DNA from: Selaginella moellendorffii
Taxonomy: Eukaryota; Plantae; Lycopodiophyta
Length of the DNA: 64,000 nt
NCBI RefSeq assembly: GCF_000143415.4
Contig: NW_003314315.1
Location: 991,514-1,055,513, forward strand
Reading direction: 5' to 3'
The notes beneath the pieces are model-generated. The model saw only the letters and a list, made by a program, of their open reading frames with translations, was not told the DNA's origin and searched no databases. Positions 1-10,399 of the stretch are shown here, piece by piece. The translations under genes and the position numbers were made by a program. How positions within the stretch are numbered: position 1 is the stretch's first letter; every line of letters starts with the position of its first letter.

Positions 1-166
1 GGTAATAATTTATTTTTATGAAATAATTTTAAATTATTAACCTATATTTATGTATAGGCTTTTTAAATTCAAGTATGATAAACATAAAAATAATTGATTA
101 AAATTAGCAAAAATTAGAAGTTTAAGGTTTGGATAAACAGATTTTAGGGTTCTTTGGAGCAATGCG

Positions 167-2107
167 ATGGTTGGGGCGGCATTGCTGCTGCTACTGCCTG
201 GGCGGGAGGCCTTCAGGTACTGCAATCTCCGCCTACATTCCTCCGGATTCAGGGGTGCTCGCAACGCCGTCGAGTCGGCGCAGTTCTCGCGGGTACTTAG
301 GAGCAGCAGGATCAGCCACGCCGTCCTGGGGAGCGGCGAGGGATTCCAAGAGCTGGACGAGATGCTAGAGAAGATCGCCACGATGCCCGATCCATCGCAG
401 GGATATGGCTTCGTTCTCAGGCAGATTGGCGAGCGCAAGGCGCTGGCACAGGGCAAGCGCGTCCATGCTCACATCTTGAGGACCAGGAAGTGGAAGTCGA
501 GCACCGTCGTCTCCAATCTCCTCGTCCAGATGTATTGCCAGTGCGGCAGTGTGGATTTGGCGCGCGAGGTCTTCGCCGGCACGATCCATCGCAACGAGCA
601 GTCGTGGAGCTCGATGATCGCGGGCTACGTCCACCATGGCCGCCACGGGGAAGCGCTCGATCTCTTCCTCAACCTGGAATGCGAGCAGCGCATCCAGCCT
701 AATCGATCCATCTTCGCCAGCGCTCTCGCGGCTTGCACCCACTTGGGCGATCTGGAACATGGTCGAAGGATCCACGAGCGCATTCATCACTCCAAGATCG
801 CTGGAGTTCACGACGTGGTGATCGGGAACGCATTGGTGACGATGTATGCCCGGTGTGGGGATTTGGTGTCGGCCCGTGAGTTTTTCGAGGGGATGCGAGA
901 GAAGAATTCCATGTCGTGGAACGCTATCATCTCGGCTTACGTCCAAGGCGGCCATCCCCGGGAAGCTCTCGAGCTCTTTGCGAGGATGACAGGGAAGTTA
1001 AACAGCTTCGTTTTCGCCAGCGCTTTCACTGCTTGCTCGATGGTGGGAGAGATTGATCTCGGTAAGAAACTCTATGCAAGGTTTGTCGAGAGCGGACTAA
1101 AGCCGGATTTGATCGTGCAGAACGCTCTGATGAGCATGTATGCCAAGTGTGGAGAGTTGGACGAGGCGAGGAGGATTTTTTTCGAGCTTCCAACGCGTGA
1201 TGTCGGTGCATGGGCGTGTCTCATGGCCGGATATGCTCAGCACGGAGATGTCGCTCGGGCTCTCGAGCTCTACAACAGGATGAGAGACGAGAAGGTGGAG
1301 GCTAACGCGGCCATTTTCTCCACGCTCATCGCGGCTTGTTCCACTCTGAAAGAAGGTGAGCTTGTGAGAGACCTTGCCTTTGCTTGTGGATTTGAGGCTG
1401 ATCCAATCGTGCAGGCTTCTCTGGTCGGAATGTATGGGAAGCACGGCAAGATTGAGGAAGCGAGACGGATTTTTGATAACATTCATGGCGAAAACAAAGA
1501 CGTGGCTGCCTGGTCGAGCATCATTTCGGCTTACGCTCGGCACGGGTTGACGGACGAGGCTTTGAGGCTGTTTTGGAGGATGGTTTCTCGAGGGGTGGAG
1601 CCGAATGCCATGATTTTCAAGAGCGTTATATGCTGCTGCGCGAGCGGTGAGGCTCTGGAGCAAGGCAAGGCCGTCCATGCACGGCTGAAGGAGAGCCCGA
1701 GCAGGGAAGACTCGGCAGTCCAGAACGCGCTCGTTGGGATGTATTGCAAGTGTGGGAGTCTGGACGATGCAAGAGCCGCCTTCGACGTGACCAAACGCAG
1801 AGATCGGCACACCTGGACGACCTTGATCATGGCTTACGTCCAGAAGAGGAAGCCGGAGAAAGCGCTGGAGCTTTATCACGGCATGGACGTGGAACCCGAC
1901 GAGTTTATTCTTGCCAGTGTTGCAGCAGCTTGCTCCAGCTTAGGTTCTCTCGAGCAAGGCATGGCTGTCCACTCTCGAGCAAAGTCACTCGAGCTTCTCG
2001 GGTGTGAGGTCCTGGGAACTGCACTGCTTGACATGTATGTCAAGTGTAAGAGACTGGACGAGGCCAGGAAACTCTTCTGGGAGCTCCAGGCTACGAACGT
2101 CCCCTAA
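167..2107 (+). CDS. PLS-class pentatricopeptide repeat protein, 3'-truncated (probable pseudogene)
   Basis: Intronless 646-aa ORF with repeated PPR motifs (NALVTMYARCGDL, SWNAIISAYVQGG, NALMSMYAKCGEL). It stops mid-repeat (TNVP*), the next motif MVGGYAQPG continues out of frame, and there is no E/DYW domain. Confidence 0.85.
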   Translation: MVGAALLLLLPGREAFRYCNLRLHSSGFRGARNAVESAQFSRVLRSSRISHAVLGSGEGFQELDEMLEKIATMPDPSQGYGFVLRQIGERKALAQGKRVHAHILRTRKWKSSTVVSNLLVQMYCQCGSVDLAREVFAGTIHRNEQSWSSMIAGYVHHGRHGEALDLFLNLECEQRIQPNRSIFASALAACTHLGDLEHGRRIHERIHHSKIAGVHDVVIGNALVTMYARCGDLVSAREFFEGMREKNSMSWNAIISAYVQGGHPREALELFARMTGKLNSFVFASAFTACSMVGEIDLGKKLYARFVESGLKPDLIVQNALMSMYAKCGELDEARRIFFELPTRDVGAWACLMAGYAQHGDVARALELYNRMRDEKVEANAAIFSTLIAACSTLKEGELVRDLAFACGFEADPIVQASLVGMYGKHGKIEEARRIFDNIHGENKDVAAWSSIISAYARHGLTDEALRLFWRMVSRGVEPNAMIFKSVICCCASGEALEQGKAVHARLKESPSREDSAVQNALVGMYCKCGSLDDARAAFDVTKRRDRHTWTTLIMAYVQKRKPEKALELYHGMDVEPDEFILASVAAACSSLGSLEQGMAVHSRAKSLELLGCEVLGTALLDMYVKCKRLDEARKLFWELQATNVP

Positions 2108-2157
2108 TGGTGGGAGGATACGCCCAACCTGGGACTCGTCTTAAGCTCGAGAGACGT

Positions 2158-2499
2158 GGGGAGGATCAAAACGTCTCCGGGCTTGCAGCAGCTCATCACC
2201 GCTGCTTGAATTCCACACGTAGAGCCGTTCACCAAGGACCACGAGTACCCTGCTCCGAAAAGCTCGGCGGCCATTTGCTGCGTCGGCTATGGCTTCTTGT
2301 GGCAGTGCAAGTTATCTAGGCCTGGGAGCTCCGGGAGATGAAACTGGAAGACTTGAGCTCCGAGAAGCTGGGAAATCGAAGAGGGCGTTGAGGAGCCGCG
2401 GCCGTGGCCTGGGAAGTGAAACGCAGCGGCACGCTCCCCGCCAGTTCTCTTGAGAGCTTCAAGCAAAGGAGCTGAGGAAGAAGGGACCGTCGTCGGCAT
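2158..2499 (-). pseudogene. N-terminal fragment of a PLP-dependent Orn/Lys/Arg decarboxylase (class I, SpeA/YaaO-like)
   Basis: PLLEALK..AFHFPGHGRG..LPELPGLDNL, then after a frameshift FGAGYSWSLVNGSTCGIQAAVMSCCKPGDVLIL. Truncated where it meets the PPR. Confidence 0.75.
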
Positions 2500-2683
2500 T
2501 GGCCCTCCTGACAGGGAAAGAAGCACGGATACACGATACTGTTTCAGGAATGCGAGATCCAGAAGCTGGGTAGAATGCACAATACAGCACCCCCTTTATT
2601 TAAGGTGCTTATTTGGATTTATATTATTTTCAATTATTTTTAAGTATTTAAAAGTTACTATAAATTGAAGATTGTTCTAGTAT

Positions 2684-2856
2684 TGTGAGTGCATTGAATA
2701 TGGAAAGGGAATACAGAAATGTGCATATCAATTAACCCAAAAACCCTAGCTTATATATAGGAGCGAGTGGTCCGGATTGAAACCAATCCGACGGCTACCA
2801 AAATCCACTACGCTAATATAGTATACGGCATTGTAACCGTACACTTGGCCCTCACA
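2684..2856 (-). repeat. 3' LTR of the gypsy element (173 bp)
   Basis: TGTGAG...CTCACA, near-identical to 8637-8810; adjacent purine tract AGAGGAGGGGATGA on the - strand. Confidence 0.95.
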
Positions 2857-2888
2857 TCATCCCCTCCTCTCGGAATAATGGAAGGCCG

Positions 2889-4012
2889 TCAGGGTTCTCT
2901 TGTAGATGGGCCGGGATCTAGAGGAACGTCAGGAGGAGGCATCGGTGGATCTGTAGACGGTATTAACTGCTCCTGATCCCTTTGTATGAAGCGTTTTAAC
3001 CGCTGCACATGCACAATTTCCGGAGGATCGGCCTGCTGAACGTCATGCCAAACCTCATAAACTTGTGGTCCAACTTGCCGCAACACCCGATACGGTCCTT
3101 TCCACTGCGCAAGGAGCCCCTTAGATAAACTACGTACCGTAAGATGGGGAAAACAGACTAACACTAAATCATCCACTTTGTACTCCGCTGGTGGACGATG
3201 ATGGGAATTGTAGCGCCGTTGTTGTCCCACTTGTACGCGGCCTAAGTGTTCAGCAAACTCTGCTCGGACAAGTGGAAGAATGCTTGTCAAATATTGATCC
3301 CATGACCTAGCATCAGGAGCTCGTGGCAATTGTGAAGGTAACCCCAGCTCTGTTGGTAATATTGGATCATGACCATATAGAAGTTTATATGGTGAAGCAC
3401 TAACAGAACTCTGCACCCCTGTGACATAAGCATACCGAAGAGACGGCAAATAACCATCCCAATCCGAATGTTGAAAGTTCACATACTTCGCAATCATCCC
3501 TTTGAATGTCCGAACGAGCCGTTCCACCAGACCGTCTGATTGTGGATGATAAGCACTCGTAAAAGTGTGGCGTATCCCCAACCGAGATGTCAAAACATGA
3601 AATACCTCAGCCATAAATGCAGGACCATTATCCGAAAGAATCCGTTCTGGACAAGAATGCTGGAACACCACTCGATTGAGGAGGAAGTATCCAACAGCAG
3701 TTGCAGAGGCACTAGCAAGAGCACCAACTTCCACCCAACGAGTCAAGTAGTCAGAAGCAATAATAACATACTCATTGCCAGCAGTCGATCGCGAAAAAGG
3801 TCCCATAAGATCAAACGCCACCAACTCAAACGGACGAGAAACTGCAATTGACTCCAACCGTCCTTCCGCAGCACAAGGGGGAGTATTACGAGCTTGGCAC
3901 CAAACGCAGCTACGCACATACCAGATAATATCACGTCGCATCTCTGGCCAATAGAAAGATCTGCGCAGCTTCTCGGTGACACGACGGTGTCCCATATGCC
4001 CACCTAGAATAG
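2889..4012 (-). CDS. Retrotransposon integrase (second half of HHCC, DDE core, GPY motif; no chromodomain)
   Basis: GHMGHRRV..YWPEMRRDI..CVWCQ; FDLMGP; SDNGPAF; YHPQSDGLVER; WKGPYRV..VHVQRLKRF. Confidence 0.92.
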
Positions 4013-5204
4013 TGTAAGGAACCGACTCCCCGAGATGTCGTAGGCTAAAGGATCCCCAAAAGCTTGACCGAAATGACAAAGAGTTCATCGGATAGGACCA
4101 AGTCGAGGATCGAGTCCAAGACCGACTCTAGGACTGAGTTCGAGATAGAGTCCGGAATCGAGTCCGAGACCGACTCGGGGACCGAGTTCGAGTCCGAGTT
4201 CAAGACCGAGTTCGAGACGGAGTCCGAGATCCGAAATCGGGTCCGAGACCGAGTCCGAGGTCGAGTCCGAGGTCGGGTCCGAGATCGGGTCCGAGATTGA
4301 GTCCGAGGTCGGGTCCGAGATCGGGTCCGAGATCGAGTCCGAAATCGAGTCCGAGACCGAATCCGAAGTCGGGTCCGAAATCGGGTCCGAGATCGAGCCA
4401 GAGACTAAGTCCAAATACTAATACGGGTCAAGGGGTGAAAGCCCAAAGCGTGCGTCTCCCAGGGGGGGGGCTGCAGGGGGTTCCAAAAGTATAGTAGGGA
4501 TAGTGAGGTCCAGGAACCAGTTTTGAAGGGACTCTCCAGTTGGGCTTCCAAACCGACTTGAGGTTGAGACTGGGACCGAGGGGCCTTGGGTGGGAGTGAG
4601 CATGGACTTGGCTGGTGCCGGAGGGGCCATCCAAGGAAGTGCTCAAGAGCAGCTCCCACTCCTGAAAGGGAAACCGACTGCGGTGCTCCCGGCTCAAGTG
4701 GAGTGGTGCCCCACTTGAGTACCTTGTGGCTCATTGGTCCTCACCCTTCCGGGGGCTTGGGCCTTCCCTTCGGGATGGAAGAGGGGGGGTAGAGGTACCC
4801 ATACCGGGCCGTTAGGCCACGGTGTTTCGCCTTGACGTCCCGAAGCAAGTGCTGCACCCAAGGCTTGGGATTTAGAGGGTCCCATGATCAAGTCTTGTGG
4901 TACCAAGGGGTGTTAGGAATCTGGAGGCTTAGTGTGCTTGGCTGCTTGTGCCTGCCGGGAGTGTAGCCGAACCTTAAGTCCAGTCTAACCCGGGGAGGGG
5001 GATTGGGAGAGATTTGGGAATCCGTAGATGAATGGCTAACACTCCGTTGCTCGTGCAGTAAGTAGCTGAAACCAAGTAGGACCAAGTAGGAGCTGGTACC
5101 ATAGGCGAGAACCTTGGCGAGGGAACTTAGCACAAGCCAAGGCAGAGTTGGTCGGATAGGCGAGGTAAGCTGGCAAATTGAAAAGGAAAAATTTGTGGCT
5201 TACA
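4013..5204. mobile_element. Solo LTR (1192 bp) nested in the gypsy integrase
   Basis: TGTAAG...CTTACA termini with a 5-bp TSD AATAG (4008-4012 / 5205-5209). Removing it restores the integrase motif HDSPILGGH. Confidence 0.9.
4100..4400. repeat. Degenerate hexamer/12-mer tandem array (GTCCGA/GATCGG) inside the solo LTR
   Basis: Repeated gtccgagatcgg / gtccgaggtcga units are visible directly. Confidence 0.85.
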
Positions 5205-7574
5205 AATAGGAGAATCATGGTAGGCATGGAGAAACCGCGGAATAAACACCGAAGGCACCACCAGCCGTAAATGAGCATCAGGATCCGTCCCCACAAAATA
5301 AAGAAGGCCATCTTCAAGGCGATATTGAGAATGTAAATGCCGAAAAGGCAAGTCATCAGCAAGTGATGCAGGATTCTCAAACCCATCTCGAAGCCTTCGA
5401 ATCCACGGCTCAATCTTTTGAGCCTCGCGAACCTCATCCAGAGAAGGTAGATCTTGCTCTACGCCCTGTGGACACTGAACGTCAAGGACAGCAACCGCCG
5501 ACGGCACAGAATCCTCATCTAGAAAATCCACAGATGCTGGAACAACAGGTTCATCAGAAACATGAGAAGTGAGTGGAGAAGGAAGAGGAGCTCGAGAAAG
5601 GGCATCAGCATCAGCCATAAAACTCCCTGGGCGATGAACAACATCGAAATCATATATCTGAAGCTTTAAAGCCCATCGAGCCGTACGACCAACTAGGTTC
5701 TTCCGCTTCAATAATGAAGTAACAGCAGCATGGTCACCTTCAAGTAACATCCGAGAACCATGTAGATAGGCATGAAGTTTCTCGAAACCCCAGACTGCTG
5801 CTAAACACTCCTTCTCCGTCGTGGAGTAGTTCATCTCCGCTGGTTGTAATGTACGGCTTATGTATGCAATGGGATGGCGCTGACCAGGCACACTCGAGCT
5901 CTCTTGCATCAACACACCTCCAAGACCAATGTCAGAAGCATCCACGCGCAAAATAAAAGGTCGAGTGTAGTCAGGATATGCCAAAACCGGAGGAGTCGTC
6001 AATAGCTCTTTGAGATTCACGAACGCCCGATCACAATCGGGAGACCAGATGAAAGATGACGTTGATGACTTCAGCAACGCTCACAATGGTATAGTGCGAT
6101 CGGAAAGATGATCCACAAAACAACCGAGATACTGCACCTTACCCAAAAAGCACTGCACATCATTCACACACTTCGGAGTAGGGAACTTTAGAACAGCCAC
6201 AAGTTTGTCAGGATCAACTTGCAAACCCTCACGAGAAATACGGTACCCAAGATAAGTTGTGTCCTTGGACCCAAACACGAACTTCGACCGCTTCAGCTTT
6301 AAACCAACATCGCATAGCCGATCCGACACTTTACAAACATCACAAACATGCTCCTCCCACATCCCCTCCGAGTGGATCAAGACATCATCAATGAAGTCAG
6401 CCGTCACCTCCGGCATATCGCAAAGAACTTCGTCCATCATCCGCTGAAAAGTTGCTGGAGCATTGTTCAAACCAAACGGCATCACCAAAAACTCGTACAA
6501 ACCAAATGGTGTACGAAAATCAGTCTTAGGAATATCGTCTTCAGCCATCGGTACTTGCCAATACCCAGAAGCAAGATCTAGCTTGGTGAACCAACGACTT
6601 CGCCCCAGACGATCCAAGAGATCAGCAGTGTGAGGAAGAGGGTACACATCCGGGATTGTCACTTCATTTAACGGACGATAGTCGATGCAGAAACGAATAC
6701 TTCCATCAGGCTTCGTCACAAGATGAGGTTCACATGCCCAAAGACTCCGTGACTTCCGAATAACACCCTTCTCCAACATCTCCTTGACGTTTGTACGTAA
6801 AATCTTGATCTCCTTGGGTGACCGACGACAAACAGGAACCTTGATTGGACGAGCATCCCCGGTTGGAATGGGATGACGTGTGGCAATCTTGGCCCCAGAC
6901 GATAGGTCAAATTCAAAGAGATCAGAATACTCCTTCATGAGCTGGTCAACAGTTGCAACACAAAGATCATCGGAGGGATCGGAAAAGGGAAGAGCAGAAC
7001 AAGATGGAAACACAAGAGGAAATAATGGGAGAACAAAAGTAATGGAAGCAGAGGTAGAAGTAGAGGGACGAAGAGGTACGGAAGTGAGAGGAATGGATGA
7101 AACATAAGGAAGTATGAGACAAGGGGGAAAAGCCTCAAAGTCACACTTGGCATGATTGTGCTGCAACCAATTCATACCAAGAATGAGGTCAAAAGCTTGA
7201 CTCGGCACCACCCGCAACGACTGCAACTCAAGCTCGAGATCGCCCACACGCACAACCAGGTCCGCCTCATCTCGTGCACATGCATGTGTACGGCCGTTGC
7301 CATAAAGAATGAAAACTGGATCCACCGCACGACGCAAGTGTAGACGACAATGTGTGGCAACAGGTCGAGCAATAGAAGATAAACTCGAACCTGTATCAAC
7401 CAACACGGAGAGAAGAATAGGAGACCTCTTGTTATAAAAACGAGCTTGGAAAGTAAACACTGGATGAACCGGTGCCGAGTGAACCCCTTGATGATACTCC
7501 CAAAAGAAAGATGGAGGGGTCACTAACTTATTCGCGCAAGGTCCCTCCATTACTCGCGCGACTCCTCGTTTCCC
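5205..7574 (-). CDS. Gypsy pol: aspartic protease, reverse transcriptase, RNase H, start of integrase; one in-frame TGA at 6081-6083
   Basis: LVDTGSS; RFCIDYRPLN, KLDLASGYWQ, VMPFGL, FIDD; VDASDIGLGGVL, NYSTTEKE, ADALSR. Confidence 0.92.
7511..7574 (-). promoter_or_regulatory. -1 ribosomal frameshift signal (G_GGA_AAC plus H-type pseudoknot) at the gag/pol overlap
   Basis: Slippery heptamer in the gag frame at 7574-7568, 6-nt spacer, stem1 TCGCGCGAG/CTTGCGCGA, stem2 ATGGAGGG/CCCTCCAT. Pol is in the -1 frame. Confidence 0.8.
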
Positions 7575-8482
7575 GAATGCACCTCGGTATCCAAACCTTC
7601 CACCGCAGCAACACCAACGGGACATTGCTGACGCCAAGGTCTCCACCCAGGAAATGGAGGTCGCCAATCCGGAAAGCGCCGACAACGCCGATAAGTATGA
7701 CCAACTTCATCACACGCCCAGCAACGAACGTCACGGCCACGACCACGTCCTCGCCCTTGTCCTTGGACTCGAGTAGCAGCAGCATCAACCTCCATGGGAA
7801 CAAGACCATCACTCATAGGAAGTGGAGCTGAAGGACGTGTAGCAAGAAGTGGAAGAGGCAATGTCTCATAACGTTGTGCCAAGCGAAGAGCATCGTCAAG
7901 AGTGGCAGGAGCAAGTGCATGCACAAGTCCGACAAGATCTTGACGAAGTGCTGGCCACAGCATTCCTAGCTTGATCCGCTCCGACATATTTGGCTCCGCA
8001 CGAAGCAAAAGACTTCGGAAACGAACGCCAAATTGCATCACCGACTCAGATGGCCCTTGGCGAAGACGATGCAATTGTTGGAAGGCATCATCACAATCGT
8101 CGGCATGTCCGAAGGCGCGTTTGAAGACGTCCGGAAGAACACTCCAATCGCCACGAGTAACTGCGCTCAATCCATTGTACCACTGCAACGCCGTCCCTTG
8201 AAGACATGTGGGGAACTCACGCAAACGTCGAGCATCATCCCAAAAATGATATGTGGCAATCACTGTGAAGTGATCGAACCAATGGTACACATCATCCCCA
8301 GGATTCCCACGAAAGAACTCCGGCCGAACGCGAGGATTGGCACCAAAAGCAGGAGGAGTTGTACCATGTGCCGTGAACGCCGCCATCAACTGAGTTTGGT
8401 TGTTCAATTCCAAGCGCATAGCATCAAGCAATTGAACCAACTGCTGCTCTAGAGTCAAAGGAGGAGATTGCGGATCGGCCAT
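7550..8482 (-). CDS. Gypsy gag (retrotransposon capsid plus CCHC zinc knuckle)
   Basis: LQGTALQWY, LRQGPSESVMQF, CWACDEVGHTYRRC. Confidence 0.9.
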   Translation of the reverse strand: MADPQSPPLTLEQQLVQLLDAMRLELNNQTQLMAAFTAHGTTPPAFGANPRVRPEFFRGNPGDDVYHWFDHFTVIATYHFWDDARRLREFPTCLQGTALQWYNGLSAVTRGDWSVLPDVFKRAFGHADDCDDAFQQLHRLRQGPSESVMQFGVRFRSLLLRAEPNMSERIKLGMLWPALRQDLVGLVHALAPATLDDALRLAQRYETLPLPLLATRPSAPLPMSDGLVPMEVDAAATRVQGQGRGRGRGRDVRCWACDEVGHTYRRCRRFPDWRPPFPGWRPWRQQCPVGVAAVEGLDTEVHSGNEESRE

Positions 8483-8636
8483 GAAAATGAATGAGAAAGA
8501 AAGAGCAAAAGAAGAGAAATGACAAAAAGCTGGAAAGAAATGGTAGATCTAGACAATGCAAAAGCTAGATCTAAACCGAAATCCCAAATCCAAGCACTCC
8601 CCAGGGACAATCAAAGGTGCCCCTCATCTCCACCAA

Positions 8637-8810
8637 TGTGAGTGCATGGAATATGGAAAGGGAATATAGAAATGTGCATATCAATTAGCCCAAAAACCCT
8701 AGCTTATATATAGGAGCGAGTGGTCCGGATTGAAACCAATCCGACGGCTACCAAAACCCACTACACTAATATTAGTATACGGCATCGTAACCGTACACTT
8801 GGCCCTCACA
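8637..8810 (-). repeat. 5' LTR of the gypsy element; PBS TGGTGGAGATG (tRNA-Ala-like) follows at 8635-8625
   Basis: Matches 2684-2856. The PBS is complementary to the CATCTCCACCA 3' end of plant tRNA-Ala(AGC). Confidence 0.9.
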
Positions 8811-8959
8811 GTATATTATTTTCAATTATTTTTAAGTATTTAAAAGTCCAAAATCAAATATACTATTTATTCTACTATAACGGCATTGTCTTGATTGTAC
8901 AGCTTAATATGACTGTATAGAATTTAAATGCAACTTCCTTTCTTTCAATATATATTTTT

Positions 8960-9800
8960 TGTTAAATATATTCTTGAAAGTAAAAGTTGTATAATCCTCT
9001 TGTTGTACCATAGTGAGGAAGGGATCTTCTTCACTGCATTCCATATTGATTCAATACGATTTGTATAAACTTTAGTCACGGGATCAACAAAATTCTTGGA
9101 GTGGTTGACTGTATAATGAGTGAAGTTTAATTAATTCAACCACTCTGAATCATAACCAGCCCAAAAATCACTATATATAATTGTTCCTAAAAAATTAATT
9201 ATAATTATTAGTTAAGAAAAATAATAAAAATAGAACTTACCTGGTACAACATATGTATATAATATATCAATTAAAGTTTGTGTAGTACGATTGGACACTG
9301 AAACCATAAACATTCAATCTGAATCATGTTCAATTCCTCTAAAGACCCATTGACCTTCTAAAGCAGTCCACTGCTCCACCCCCTTGCAAGAGACCCTACC
9401 ACAATAATATTTCCACTTACCAAACTTACTTTCATCAATTTCCACAATTCTTCCTAGACCATCAATCTTTTGACTACTTTATTGTAATGTGATAATACAA
9501 ATATCATGACAAAAGTTGTACCAATTTGTTGTCATGTGCTCACTTTTAATACTACACTTGATACAAGCTTGATTTTGTGGCATTTTAATGCACTACTAAT
9601 ACATCACTTTAAGCATTTGAGCAAATGTGAGATTATTATTTGTAAACCATGTATTAGTTCTAAGAGATCTTGTGGTATTGCAATTTTTACAATTCCACTT
9701 TAAATCATCTTTACAACCTCAATTATCAAATTGATATCTCATTGGTTGATGGTATTTTTCACATTCTCTCTCTTGTAAAAGACGACCAAATGTAATACAA
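8960..9800 (-). mobile_element. Decayed Merlin / IS1595-family DDE transposase with a spliceosomal intron
   Basis: Manual translation gives WYNFCHDIC..KIDGLGRIVEIDESKFGKWKYYCGR..EGQWVFRGIE..NRTTQTL..VVPG/TIIYSDFWAGY..HYTVNHSKNFVDPVTKVYTNRIESIWNAVK. GT-AG intron at 9240-9187. Several stops; TIRs not found; outer boundaries approximate. Confidence 0.85.
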
Positions 9801-10399
9801 AAAGTAAAAGAATTTACTTTACTATTAGTTCTCTCAATAAGATTAGAAAAAGAAAGAATATTATCTTGAGTATGATCTACATATTCCAATCTAGCCAAAA
9901 TACTATTAAATAAAATTAAATCAGTCGTAGGTTATATACTTATAAATTATAGTCGTTCATTCACTGGCTAATCATAAAATTATAGTCGTTAACATATCCA
10001 TTAACAACATCTATTAATTAAATTTTAACGTTACTAATTTAGTGTTAGTCATTAAACATTTAGAGCTAGGCATGACTAAGCACACGACGGAGGAAGCGAG
10101 GAGTGAGCATGGCAAAGGGGCAACCACATAAGAGAAGGGGGTTGCTATATTATGCATTTCTCCCCAGAAGCTTTCATCTAATAACACAAAAGACTCTAAC
10201 CAATTCTTCTCTTCCACAAAAGTGTGGAGCAAATTCCTCTAGAATAAGATGCTTTTTGATTATGATTGAGGGAACAATGCCAAAATCAATTTAGAGTGAG
10301 TAGTGTTACAACATAAATAGTCAAAGTGTTTACATGAGTTTATATGAGTTTCTAGCTATTTAGCTTCTCTAATATGTTCAACACTTGCAATTTTCTTAA

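Larger units (their letters stand above)
2684..8810 (-). mobile_element. Full-length Ty3/gypsy LTR retrotransposon (non-chromovirus), inactivated
   Basis: TG..CA LTRs at 2684-2856 and 8637-8810 (6 substitutions plus 1 indel by eye). 4-bp TSD GTAT (2680-2683 / 8811-8814). PBS at 8625-8635, PPT at 2857-2870. Domain order gag-PR-RT-RH-IN. Confidence 0.95.

Noticed and set aside
4064-4494. Repetitive ORFs (SDSISDP / RVRDRVRG) and a CRISPR-like look
   Set aside because: Translations of a hexamer tandem array inside a solo LTR; no unique spacers, no cas genes, eukaryotic context.
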